Shown piece by piece: positions 23,690 through 37,310 of a stretch of DNA of 64,000 nucleotides. The notes beneath the pieces are model-generated. The model was given only the letters and a program-made list of their open reading frames with translations. It did not search any database and was not told where the DNA came from. The position numbers and the translations under genes were made by a program. The first letter of the stretch is position 1; each line of letters starts with the position of its first letter. The DNA comes from Camelus ferus (taxonomy: Eukaryota), in NCBI RefSeq assembly GCF_009834535.1, contig NC_045697.1, forward strand, positions 59,770,001 to 59,834,000. Reading direction: 5' to 3'.

Positions 23690-24450
23690 ACAGATGATTT
23701 GCCATTATTTCTGTGAGTTCAAACAATGTGGTCAAGAATCTTTCCTTTTCCTCTTTCAGCTACTTCTTCCCTTTTATGACTATGGCCTAGGAAGAAAGTG
23801 CTCTGAATGCCCAGGTTCAGACTGTTAGCCCGAATCTGGGCCCTGGAGTTGGCATCAATCCTATACAGATCACATGGGCAGAGAACAGGTGAGGGATAGT
23901 TTTTGAAAGGAAGAGAGAATGTCTGTTAGCAGGAGTATAAACATGGTATAGGCAAAAGCACAGTAAACCACCTGTATTCTACCACTTTGTTGGGTGCCCA
24001 GAACTTTTCTTCCTGTACACTTCACTTAAAAAATGTTTTCTCTTAACATAATACAACTATTCTATATACAATTGAAAACTCACTCATTCTGTCCCCAAAG
24101 GAAGATAATACACAGCCTGCCCAGTTGCACATCCAGGGTGATTAACATCCCTTTTATTTGGGTCCAGATGGAGCTCATCACAGTCCAGTAATCTGTGGAG
24201 AAGTGATAAATTTTGTAAACTCTCACACATCCAAAACACAATAGTACAGAAGAATGGCAATAAAAGTTGCAATCTGGAATATGGTACAGGAAGAAAGAAT
24301 CACAGTGGTCTTTCCGGGCAAGGAGAGCAAAGATTCCTGTCTTGGAAGAGGAGTATGTTCTCAGGCAGCCACATCGTCTGTTTGGCTGACCAAGACTCTC
24401 CTTTCAGTAGGAGTCCTTTAGTCTACTGTCTACATATAAAATAACTGTTT
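23690..24450 (-). mobile_element. Old MaLR (MLT1-like LTR plus internal remnant)
   Basis: LTR-like segment at ~23700-23960, then 'ctgtccccaaagga...gggtccagatggagctcatc...acacatccaaaacacaatagt...gcaataaaa', resembling antisense MLT-int. Confidence 0.4.
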
Positions 24451-24639
24451 GGAATATTTTCCTTCAGGAGCTGCTTCACTACAATTTACCAATTTATCTT
24501 GGGTACTAGGGACTTTCAATGATGATAAATCAAACCTGTGACAAATTTAGATTTGGCCTTTGTCTTGCAATATAAGTTCTCAATTCATCTTAGACTGAAT
24601 CCAAGGATTTGCAACTTGAACACTGAGCATTCTCTTTCC

Positions 24640-25100
24640 ATTAGAATGTATAATTGATGATGGCTAGGATTTTTGTTTATTTTATTCACTCTTGTATCAC
24701 AAAAGCCAGCAATCTTGCAGTAGTTTAATAAATATGTGTTACATGAATGAATTCTTTCTTTCTTTTATTCTGCCCCAAGTTCTATCATTTCTGCCCACTA
24801 AATAGTTCTTGGACTTGGTCGCTTCTCCCTCTTTTCCTTTATCATCCTACCCCAATTCTTCATCAACTACTGTCTAAAATATTGTGTCAGCCTACTAAAT
24901 GGTCCCTCTTCCACAAGACTTAGCCCACCCCTTTCCATTTTATACACAACAGCAAACCTATAGTTTTTAAACATGATCAGAACACGTTATCCCATCTTTA
25001 AGTGGTTTCCCATTGCTTTTAAGATCAAGTTTAAAATTCCTACCATGGCCTATAGTCTGCCTCCTCTTTTTCTCTCTGTACCTCCGCCCTCCCATTCCAC
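24640..25100 (+). mobile_element. L2 fragments
   Basis: L2 terminus 'tagaatgtataa...ttattcact...aataaatatgtgttacatgaatgaa', then 'cagcctactaaatggtcc...ccattttatacacaacagc...agtggtttcccattgc'. Confidence 0.6.
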
Positions 25101-28100
25101 TGATCTCTCTCTTCATTGTTCCCTAGATTGCAGACATTCTGAAACTTTCTCAATTTATTAAATATTCCACAATATTTCAAATTTATTTCTTTTATTTGTT
25201 ATTCATTCTGTCTGAAATACCTCCTTTGACCTGCTCTCATCTCTCTGTTCTTTGGCAGATTCCTGGTGGTTCTACACATCAGAAAAACTATCTACAAGCC
25301 ACTTAATTCCCTTAGTAATGAAGCCTTAAATGCAATTTAATAACACGCATCCCTCTCATAATTACTTGCCGAATGTCTGCACAGTGGACATCTGTTGTGT
25401 TAGCCTGCATAGCACCACTTCTGGTACAGAATCCTTTCCTTTTGGGAGTCATCCATTTTACTGACATTTCATTGCTGACAGTTCATGTGAGGTGTCCTAT
25501 ACCCTATTACAGGGCAAGACACATGATTCAGATCTGGCCTTGGAACTCTGCTATCCCTTCTACTTCTTAGCTCAGTGGTAGAGACAGACCTCTGCCTCAG
25601 GACAACACTAGGATTAATTTGTTCCTTTCTCTCTATGCTGCCTCTGAAGATGGTTTTATGAAAAAGAGATATTTTTTTTTCAGAGGGCTGTGGGAGAGGA
25701 ATCTGAGAGATCAAGAATTTCTTGGGTCCAAAAAGGAACAGTGCATCAAGTTTAAATCAAATCTTTAAAATTTTAAGACAGGAATACTGCTTTAATTTTT
25801 AATTGACTTCTCTTTTTAGCTTCTAGTTGATAAGATTTTAGAAAACAATTAGGATCTTTGCAGCATCCACTTTTATTTAAATTCCTGGTGGATAAAGTAG
25901 TATTGAACAAATAATAATGACTTAGCACATATTTTTTAAATTAAAAAAGAACAAATGAATGACCAGCTCAACATGTTTTCCTATCAATTGTTTCTTGTAG
26001 TCAGAGTAGGAAAACTCATTTAAGAGATTGCTTTCCATTCAGACCTCATGAGAATATTTTAGTTAAGATTCTGAGAAACATATCCACCATAGGAAAAGAT
26101 TAGGGTATTCTGATATATGAGAAGTATACATTTTATGGTTTTAATCACTATTTTTATTTTCCAGGATAGAACATATTAATGATAAATTTCATAAAATGAA
26201 TTTGAGGGGCTAGGTGATTTTAGTCATTAATTTCATCGTTTCTAATTTTTCACAGTAAGTCTCCTTTTTCCATATCCTGTGACAAAAGTCAATTCACTGA
26301 ATTATTTTCGCTACTATTTAAAAATCTGGTTCAGTTGCACATATCTGTATTATTTATTCAATTATTGGGTTACAATATGTACAGTATACAGGTGAAAAAG
26401 AGTAAAAACACTTCTAAAGTTCTTTTCCAAAGATTCAGAAAAATATTTACATAGGAAAAATACCACTAAAGTCTACTGCAGCTCTAAAAATACAAGTGAC
26501 AATCAAATATTTGTCAGAATCACAGGTGTTTTTAAATAAATTCACACCACTGTTTGGAACAAATTAAAAAATGTCATAGATATTTTCCATATGTCTTGTT
26601 TCTTAAAAAAATCATACAGATAACTTTATTCACTAGTAGATGTATGTTTAAAATATAATCAAAGATGATGTTATTTAATAATATGGATAAGTTATAAGTT
26701 ATATAAAGGAGTCTTTTCCTGAACTGTTCACTATGGTGCATCATCCAGAAAAATAAACAATGTAAAGTAAATAAAGCTATTCACCCACTTGTTAGTTTAA
26801 CCCCAAAATAATGGCCTGATGTATTCTTAAGATATAAACTGCCCTTATGTTGTAAGCAAATACAACATAACTTATAAACAAGTGATTTTTTTTTAACATA
26901 CCCTTATATACTACAGGTGTAAATACACTGGGAAAAATGAGGTAGCCTTGAACAACTACAATGTAAGGTGTGTCTATAACAGCTAGGGCCACAGTAGCAT
27001 AAAAAGCCTCTCTGTACCACCGAATAATAGAGAGCTACAGGAGAGGTCTGCATCACCTCAGAATGTGGTGAGAATGTTCACAGACTGGACTGAAAATATC
27101 AGAGGCTAAGCAACTCCTTGGGCAGGTCAGGTTGAGGGTATCAGTGAACAGAGGCCATTAGGCACCAGCTGGAAGGGACAAGCTCTCCAAGGGCCTCAAG
27201 AGAGACTGGCCTGATCAGTCCCTACAGTAAAAGAGTACGTGCCTTACATGCCTCCCCGCTCTTTCTCCTTTTTGTGAGCTAACATACCTGCTTAATTGCT
27301 AAATTAACTTAATTGCTTAATTGACTTCAAGACTCAAAAAGCTTGTTGAATCAGAATAAATATATGTTTACAAATGCTCTTTTGGTTACTTTTTTCAACA
27401 CCCTGAACTGTGTCTTTGCTATAACCAGAGCCAAAGATTTGATTTCTAATGCAAGCACTTGAACATACTTATTGGATCTTAGCTCAAGTGCAATATATGA
27501 AAAAAAAACACCATACCACAGATGAAAAATTGATGGAATAAAACAATGTATGAAATTGTCAATGCAGTATGATCATATAAAGCAATATTGACCTGAAAGA
27601 AATAATTCCAAAATCATAGTGCCTCCATGGTGGGACCATGGATTTAATATTTCATTCTTTCCAATATTCTGTTGTCAAAATATTGGAGATTTATTTCTGT
27701 TTCAATTTAAAAGACTGTAAGAGTGTATATATGCAATGCTTATTTTATGTCTAATTGCACACCACTTTCACACTTTAAGTACGTTTAATAAATATGATTT
27801 TGGTGCTGTTCTAAGATTCCATGCTTATAGGTTGGACTATAGTGGAAAATGTGCCATAGTCAGTCTTGGAATGAGTAGGGAGCAGACCTGAAGTTACAGT
27901 GTTTTGCCTGATGCTACAGGGTTACGTTTGTGTTAATAAAATTTGAATAGCATAAGAGTTAAGTGAAGTATTAAACATGGACAAACATGACATAGAAACC
28001 GTGGTAAAAACATTAATTAAGGTTGACAGATGTGAATACCATACTGTAATGTTAAATTCCACTATTACAATAGAGCTAAAGAAAAAATAAGGTAGTACCT

Positions 28101-28523
28101 GCTTCATGGAGTAATTTCAAATGCCAGGTCATTAATTAAGTTTTTAGATGCTTCTATTATTTTAGTAAGTATGAGTTCTAGTCTTTAAGGGAGGATTTAA
28201 TTTTCATAAACATCTTTAAGATCAGTTTATTGATTTCATAGTTGAGAGCTAAAATTAGTTACAATTTTACCTATGACCACACATGGTGAAGGCACATGAG
28301 CTACTTTAGAGATTGTAATTTTTAAACAACAAATGAATTATAAAGCATTAAAATTTATAATTTAGAAAGCTGCTTTTTCAATTTCCTTATATCCTATTTG
28401 ATTTCTGCTTGCTTATGTAAAACTTTTAAGTATCTAGTAATCCTGAAACCAAGCTCCTTGTAGTTTGGAATCATTTTTTCCAGCAGATGCAAGCAATGTG
28501 CAGCCCCTAATAAATGGAGATAG

Positions 28524-28883
28524 TGTTTTATTTGTAGGGCTGCTGTAACAAAACACCATAGACTACAGAAATTTATTTTTTCACAGTTTTGGAGGCTAGA
28601 AGTCCAAAATCAAAGTGTCAGTCAGTCTAGTTTCTTCTGCAGCCTCTCTCCTTGGCTTGCAGACAGCTGCCTCCTTGCTGTGTCCTCATACTGTGTTTCC
28701 TCTTTGTGTGTCCTAATCTTCTCTTCTTCTAAGAACAGAAGTCAGATTGGATTAGGGTACATCCTAATGGCTTAATTTTAACTTAATTACCCCTTTGAAG
28801 GACCTATCTCCAAACACAGCCAGAAGTCCTGGAGTTAGGACTTCAGCTTATAGATTTCAGGGGGATGTAATTCTGCTATAACA
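28524..28883 (-). mobile_element. MaLR solo LTR (MLT1A-like)
   Basis: 'agggctgctgtaacaaaacacca...cacagttttggaggctagaagtccaaaatcaaagtgtc...cagattggattaggg...ctataaca'; TG/CA ends. Confidence 0.9.
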
Positions 28884-30310
28884 ACTAGGAAGCCCTGCAT
28901 GGTCAGCTTTATCTACCTCAGTTCATTTGCGTTTTCTGGATTTGTAGTGGCTCTTCAACATAAACTTGAGAACAAACAAACAAACAAAATAACTCGGTAT
29001 GTATTTGAATATGTGCTAAAGTAGTGAAGTTTCACACAGCAAAAGAGTTCATTAGATATACTTGATACTCTGTGATCCTTATTTTACTACCACTATCTTT
29101 TTAGTAAAAATTGGCAATGAAGGATTCACTTACATCACACTCCCAGCTCTTCTGGTACCTAATCATTCCCAAAATATTTACCCAAAATTTTATAAACCTA
29201 AAGTATTAGCTTCTAAACCTCCATATGTTGGGAGTTTCTGTGGTTCCCAGATTCCTATTTTTGTTTAGTTTTGGTTTAGTCATTATAACATAAAAGACTT
29301 TTATTTTAATTAGCAATACACATTGTTCATTTTAATGCTGTTTTTGCACCTGAACAATCGTGGAGAGCTAATCAAACTATTCTCTATATTATTCTCCCTC
29401 TTTTCCTGTCAAAAGGTAGGGCAAATGTTGATCTACTTTTTGAGAAAAGTCCCATGCTTTTGGTGGGAAATACTAGCTTTTAAGTGGCTAATTAGTAAGC
29501 TCGCCTCACAAGTTGAAAAGATAAAAGTAGAACTCTTTATTGTCCTTAATATTTATTTATTCTTAGTATTTCAATTGCTACCATGTGGCAGGTCAAAAGG
29601 TAAGGTATACTAGCTGGCAGAAAATTGTTCTTTCTTCTCCTCCCATGTACTATATAACATGCATGATATTGCATATTGCAGTGTGCTGTAATACATTTTT
29701 AATATTTTGGTTATCTCCTCAGTATTCATGTCCCGAAGGACTTTTGTGATAATCAAATGCAGACTGAAACCAAGCTAGCTCAAAGAAATTTAGAAAAATT
29801 TACTAACCACTGAAATGGAGATCACCATGGAGATCACCAACACGGTATTATAAATTACATGGTATTTTATCTACAGAATTTATGTAGTTTATGCTGGAGT
29901 GGCTTATTACTTTATGCTGGGGAGGTTATTCAAGTAATTCCAATTTCTCTGGTTTGCATAGAAAGGAGTTTCCTTTCACCTTTGGCCCACTCCTTTTACT
30001 CCTCCAAGTTGAGGCAGAGTGAGTTAATTCGATCATAAATGTCAGCCATTGGTCTGCGTTTCTCAGGGACAGAGAAAATTTCAGCATACATGAAAGAGAT
30101 CCCTATTTATTGTCCTCTTTCATTTATCCTGAATGAGGGAGAGTTGGTGACCTGGGTAGATGTATCTTCCCTGAAAACTCCAGCACTGCCTCTGATGAGA
30201 GCTGTTCAAGTGGCCTGGCGTGTGCGAGCTCTCCCACTGAGGTGTGTCCCGGGAGAGTGCTGTCAGGAATGAAGCAGACATTTCTCCCTCTTTCACTTGA
30301 TGGTTTCATC

Positions 30311-30341
<31 letters not shown>

Positions 30342-31159
30342 TTCATTCAGAATTTAAGAGGAATGTTACGTATTGAATCTCTCAAACCTCAGCTCTTTTT
30401 AAACTTTTTCCCCTTGGAAATATTTCTGTCAATATTTTTCCATCAACACGGCAGCTCAAACCATATGTGTGAAGAGTGCCAGGTGTGGTGAGTGTTGGGC
30501 AGGGGTTACATGAAGAAAAAGGAGAAGTAGTAAATGATTAGTCATATACAACACATGACAACAATTCAGAAATATTGTTCTTTGGAGGTTTTAACCAGTC
30601 AGCTTACTACTTTGTTTGGTTTTGGTTCCTAGTGATCCTTAGACCACTGAAATCACTGGAGAAATCTGTGATGGAGACAGCAGTTCTCAAAAATCTTGAC
30701 AAAAAGGCATAGTTCAGGCTGACATGTCCTGCATTTAAATGATAAGAAAAAGAACCCTAATGCATAAATCCTACATGTTATATAAAAGACAAATGGCTGA
30801 AATAAGCATTCTGTGAAAAAAGACTATGAAATTATTACCAAATCCATCCATCCTTAGATAAGGAAAATCATGACATTGGTGAACCTGGAATACTGTTTAA
30901 TGTGGAGGTTCCACTGACCAAAGCATGGTGTTAATCTTTTAAACTGAGTGAATATAGTCATCTTAACTCTCCTTGAGCACACCCTGTTTAAGCCTGCCTT
31001 AATAGTATCAATTTCCTACACTTAATCATTAGTTTTATTCTATCTTGAAACTTCTGAACTGAGTATGGGTCTGGTACATAGAAAGTGCTCAATAAAGTTT
31101 GAAACAAAGGAAAGGAAGGAGAAGGAAGGGAAGAGAAAGGAAAAGAGAGAAGCAGGGGT

Positions 31160-31336
31160 CACAAAATGTTACGGTAGCTCACAGAGAAAAAAATGCGACA
31201 ATGAGTGTGTATATGTCCATGTATGACTGAAAAATTGTGCTGAACACTGGAATTTGACACAATATTGTAAAATGATTATAAATCAATAAAAAATGTTAAA
31301 AATAAAAAATAAAAAAATAAAAAATCCAAAAAAAAA
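31160..31336 (+). mobile_element. Young 5'-truncated L1 3' end (camelid-type) with 12-bp TSD
   Basis: AATAAA plus A-rich tail; identical flanks AGAAGCAGGGGT at 31148-31159 and 31337-31348. Confidence 0.9.
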
Positions 31337-34284
31337 AGAAGCAGGGGTAATTGGTAATAGGTTTTTTAATACGTCCCCTTCTTTTGCATCTGAGTTCCAT
31401 AACACAAATATTAATTGCAAAAGATCTATAAACCTCTTAAAACACATACAATTATACATTTTTCCCCTTAAATTAAATCTATTCTGCATACCTCAATAAT
31501 CACTACAGATTGTATTTTTGTGATCTGGTACTTATTACAGCCAAAGATCATGTGAAAATATTTTAATATTAATTTATACTGTATGTTTCCTTCTTCATTG
31601 TTTAATATGCCATAGCATCTTGAAGTAGGTATATCTTTTTTAAGCATTTAAGGAAACTGAGTGAGTTTTCATTTTGGCTGTCAATATAATACATATTTCA
31701 GCAACACATTAGAAGATTCTTTCTCTGTGAATTATCCTTAGAGATTAAAAATAAAAATACGGTGGTATAGAAATGCTGCCAAAGCACGTTATATGACTAT
31801 TCCTGGATCCCACTCAATTTTTTTCCTATCCAAATGAAGCATCTTTCTGCCAAAAAGATACAGGTGTGGAAGCAGATCTTTCAGTTTGTGAACTCTTGGG
31901 TTTACATCTGAAGGATGTATCTTATTTTAGAATATATATTGATGCTTTATAAAAAAATAGAAGTGGGATGTTCTTACGAAAATGAATAAGAAGGGAAGCA
32001 GATGTCAGCCTTTTGCATTATGGAAAATGTCAGTGGGATATAGCTACTCAGTTATGCTCAAATACTTGTGATGCAATATTGGGTGCAGTGATCCAGATAC
32101 ACATGTTGAGTGTTAAAAAATAGATCTTAAATACAATCTGCAAAGCCTGCACAATATCATACTAGTTCATAGTGATGTTTGGAAAGATCAATGCTTATAA
32201 GTGACTTGTGTTTTATGTTTTGCCAAGTATAATTAATGTGGTGTTATAGTATTTTTGATGAATAGTCTAAAACATTTTATTCCAGTGAAAAGAAGGGATG
32301 ATTACAATAGATTCTGGCAAAGAGAATGAGAAAATATTCACATCAGAATCCTAAGATCATTTTAGGCATAGTTGGAAATGTGTTCTTATTGTTGGAAAAA
32401 ATATAGCAATTAAATTGTTGAATAGCAAATATTCAGATTCATGGAGTGTTATTATTTTTGATTCAGTAGTCCTGTCCAATGAATTGCTTTGTAATGATAT
32501 GTGTGTTTATATACTAAATGCAGCATTATAATTTGAATGATAACTATGGGTCAACTATTATGGGAAGAAACATGTGGGATCCAAAATGGTCCATGGTATG
32601 AAATGGTCTCTTTTCTTAATCTTTAGTTTAAAAATATTTTTCTGGTTCAAAAACAAAGAGAAATTTGGTTTTAAACTCTAGTGTGTACTGAAGTAAGGTC
32701 ATATTACTTATCTTAACATTCAAGTCCTACCACTTTTGGTTCTCAACTTATATTTCATTTTTATCCTCCACTCATCCTCACTTGAGCACACTGTTCTTTT
32801 CATCTTTATGATCTTTGTCACATTTTCAGTGATGTGGTGATTAGGTCAGTTATACATCTATTAATAGTGCATAGAAATAAAAGGTTAGTGCCTGTAAATA
32901 TTAAAATAGAGAAACTGTAAGAATAGAAATTACTCTTCAGTGATGTGATCAGAAAGTACACTAAGTGAAAGTAATATTTGAATTGAGCTTGAAGGAAAAT
33001 TTTATTTTGACCATGAAAGATGTTGGCAAAATAACATTTTTGACAGAGGGAAGAGGATGAATAAAGATGGAAAAGTGAAAATCATATTATATGTTGAAGT
33101 AAATTTCTAAGAATTTTTTAGGGGGGTAGAGTGGGAGATTATTTCGAAAATGCAAGATTAAGATATTGGAAGGAATATGTCAGATGTCAAGGTAAGTAGT
33201 TTGTCTCAGTAAATAGCAGGGGGGAAAAACGGTCTTCTATTTTAAAGAGATGGAGCTCAGTAAACTTAAGTTATACTTGTAAAAATTGTCTGAAGGATTT
33301 GTAAAGGTAGTCATGTTTGTGCATATATTTCTAGAAACAGTCCATCTAAAAACCAACTAAGTAATGTTTATTAGAGATATGGTTTAACAATAGCCAGTTG
33401 TTCCAACTAACCTGTTAATGTTTCTTATTAGGGTAAAACCTCCCCCAGAATACATCAGTGCAAGGAAAATAATACAATAAAAGTGGTTTTCTTTAATGTG
33501 AATATGTAAAGTAATGTACACATTACTGAATGGTACCATCATTAAAGGAGTTCTGTTCACAGAACAAGATTGGGAGTTAGGAAACTTGAATTCTTGTCAG
33601 AGTTCTGCCATTACATAGCTAAGTTATCTTAATTATTCTTTATTATATCATCTATAAAATATTGATTCAGGCTTAATAACTTTGCTGTTTGGGGCTATAC
33701 ATATTTAAATAATTAAATATACATTTACATATGAAGTATATATTTATATATATTTTGGCACAGTAAAAATTAGCATCAAAATATGCTTACCAAAAATGTA
33801 TTACTGATATGTATCAATATGTATATATACTTATTACTGATATATATAAAATTTATTACATGATACATATTATTGATATTTTCAGTTTAATTAAAGAGAA
33901 GAGAGATTAGCAAATTTTCATCATTTCTGACCTTTCTATCTCAAAGATTTTCATTAACTCATACAATTCATTCTATTCCCTTTAAATAAAATATCCAAAT
34001 GAACAAGTACTTACAGTTTATGAAGCCCCAATATAACCTGCCATACATTTATGTGGATATTTTATTGAAATATTATTTTGAGATATATTTATTAGGATAA
34101 TTTACCAATCTATCATTATTTTAATTACTGAATATTAGCTATATTTTCCTTCCCTACACCAAGAAGATTTTCTGATTAGATTTAGGGCTTTCTAAGCTAC
34201 ATGAAACATTTTTCTGGCTTGGTGTTATTGTGCTGACATAGAAAATTATAAGGTACTGGGGAACAGGTTTCTGTTTTGGGAGTT

Positions 34285-34410
34285 GGCTCAGTCAGAGTCC
34301 CAGGTAGAAACAGATGACAATCAATTTAGGATAATTCAAGGAAGATTTATTACCAGGGGCTAATCATAAGGTGTGGGCAAGGGTAGCAGGAGACCTCAAG
34401 GAACAGGGAA
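34285..34410 (-). mobile_element. Old LTR fragment (LTR78/79-like)
   Basis: 'tcagtcagagtcccaggtagaaacagatgaca...aaggtgtgggcaaggg'; family call from memory. Confidence 0.4.
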
Positions 34411-37194
34411 AGCACAGGACTGAGTCATGGTTCTCAAACACTCAGTTCTATTCAGCTCTACTTTCAGCATCTGCAATTTTCTTATGCTCCCTATTTCAAA
34501 CTAAATGCAAGAACACTCTACCTTACACAGTGTCTGCACTGATTCTGCCCTCAATAAATGGTTATTTGAATTGAACTAGATTAATAAAACATATAAATCA
34601 AGAAGACAATTAAAATCTAACTCACTTGAGGCTTAATTTAACATATGTAAGATTTTTTTAATAGTAAAAAGGATGTTATTGCTTTATCTTGGTAAAACAT
34701 AGAGCAAAATGTTACCTTAGAGAATATCTAAAATGTGTTTTCACATTAGTAGTTGAAATAACAATTACAAAATAAAATAATCATCAATATTGTCAGATAT
34801 GTACATCATGAATATAGAATACACTTTTTGGGGACCAGTAAAATTTCACATATAATGCCCCAGGAGTTTTACTCCTGCCTATGAAAACTGTTACTTACAA
34901 GTACTCTAGAACTCTGCAGATAATTTGGCTATTTTTCTAGTTTCAAGAAAAAAAAATGTAAGCATGATTACAATTTTATATTATCTATCTTGATAAAATT
35001 TTCCCTTTTGTTTTCAAATGAGATACCTTCCAAATTTATCTCAGCTCTCATCTGACATTTACTGTTTACTGTTGTCCATAATAGATATCTTATTGCCCTA
35101 GATACTGGGTGTTCAAAGTCATCCAATATCTTTCCAACTGTTCTACTTTTATGATTCATCAGCTTCCACTGAAGTCACTTTGCCTCTGTCTTTATTGAAA
35201 GATACAACAGGAAATGCTGTTGATATAATTCTGAACATTTATTTGTAGCAACTCATGTTTAGTAACACTCATTAATGCTGTTGGATTAACATGTGCTTTA
35301 ATTACATATTTGCATTCATTTTCTGATATGAAATGGAATTATTTTTACTCTTAAATACACTGTGTGAAATCTCATAATTTAATATATATTCATGATAAAT
35401 AAAAGCTTGATACAATAGGAAATAGGACGTTTGGCATAAAGCTATTCAGGAATCTCTTGCAAATGCCAGTGTAAATTTTCTGGAATAGTTAATACATTCT
35501 AGAAGTTGGAAAGAAACTGAAAAGTGATGTAGGTCACCTCTGGAGGCAAAAGTTTCCAAGTATAGCCAAATATCTATACTTCATCAACAAAACAGTCATA
35601 GAGTCCATAATGATTTTGAAACTTTATTTAAATTATGTTCAGCAGTGGAGTCAATGGTCAGACACAAAGCAAAATGGGGTCTGCAGAAAGCAAAACATAG
35701 AAATCGAAAAGCATATCTTTTTCTCAATTTCCACTTTCCAAGTAAGATTTCCTTTTTATGAAACATCTCATTTACATCCTTCCTTAGGTTCATATTGCTG
35801 AGTGTCCTTGTGTTTTCTAGTTCCTCTCAATTTTTGAATCCTTTCCTTAGGAAATGATCTCATATCAGCCACTTATGTTTTCTTATATGAAAGGCTTCCC
35901 CCCAGTTAAAGGAATTACAGGCCTGGGAAAAGATTGTTGGAGAAGCACTAAGATTTTCCCACAGCCTTTAAAATCACAATGTGTGGACAGGTGCTTGCTG
36001 CACTAATGAGGAAGAAGTGGCCTTGCTCTTGATGTGTGAAAAGCTCTAAGGACAAGATCAGCATACGTGCAGCAATTTTCTCTCTTTCCCCAGATGTGTG
36101 GATAGAGTAGAGAAGGCTTTTGAAACAGGTAATTTCAATGCTGGATATTGAGGAATTACTTCTGACCACAGTGAGTACAATGAAAATGTAACACTTTAAA
36201 AAGAGTGTTGACACATTTATTATCTATATCAGAAATGATTGATCATTTGGGATGGTGAAGAAGGGTACTTGGGAAGGAGAGCAAGTGTGAAATATTAAAG
36301 TACTTGGAAGCTACAGCAGGTAAAGACAGAAATCAGTATTTATTCCACTGCAGCAGGTGGTTAACTGAGGGTGGTCAGACAAGACGTGGGAGCCAAAGAA
36401 GCAAAATGTGTGAAATGAGCAACTAATTGACAGGAGGTTCTGAGGGCTCCAGAAACAAGGAACAGGAAGCAAAGTCAATGAAGGTGAGGGAAAGATGCAA
36501 AGAGAAATAAAAAAGGAGGCTCAGAAAATGGTCTGCTATTTCAGTCCAGTTTTATCCAGTACCATAATCACGATAGTGCTAGACTCTTCCCAACCATCTC
36601 CAGAATTTTATTTGTTCTAAAACCAAGCAGCACAAGGAAATTGTGATCTGTATAATCATCATCTGAAGAGTAGCATCTTGCGGAACTGGTAAGGTTGATA
36701 ATGTGGCAAAAATCTCAAAGTCATTTGTTGGTGTTTCAGTCGATGTGTTGAAACTATGACAATTTTTGAACTCCTCTATGAGGGAGGCCATCTAGATTAT
36801 ATTCTTCTTTCACTGAAATATTCTTTGATGGATTATTGTTATAGCTGTGCCTTTATAGTCATAAATAGAGCATTACTAAATGGGGGGGGGAAGGTATTGC
36901 CTTCCAGACACCTGAATAAGAAAATTGGGTATATTTTATATACTGTTAACAATGAAAAAAGTATTCTATACCTAGGCCAATTCTTTAGATGCATTTAACC
37001 TTCAGCAGATAGTTAATGAATTAATTTGACTTGTATTTGAATTGTTTTGGAGACAGATTAAACACACACATATTCCCAAGAAGCACAGTTTCTCTTTATG
37101 TTATATGTCTGGACCTTATTACTGAATGTAACATAGAAATTAGGCCTAGATGAAAAATCTAGACCATATACAGTAAATTGTACCCCTATTTTCC

Positions 37195-37310
37195 TCTGCC
37201 ATCCCTGCCTTCTATTTACTAGATGGAGAAACTGAAGCCAAGAAAGTTAAATAATTACCTAAATGACTTAACAGTTATTTAGAGTCAGAGGCTTGGTTTC
37301 TTCCTTCCAA
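37195..37310 (-). mobile_element. MIR fragment
   Basis: 'agatggagaaactgaagccaagaaagttaaataattacctaa...acagtt...gtcagag'. Confidence 0.65.

Noticed and set aside
24084..24420. Possible processed pseudogene
   Set aside because: No sustained frame or recognisable protein; better explained as MaLR internal sequence.
27090..27160. Resemblance to LF-SINE ('aggtcaggttgagg')
   Set aside because: The match is too short and the spacing inconsistent; cannot be supported without a profile search.
29815..29838. 12-bp tandem duplication ATGGAGATCACC x2
   Set aside because: An ordinary local duplication; no array or spacer structure.
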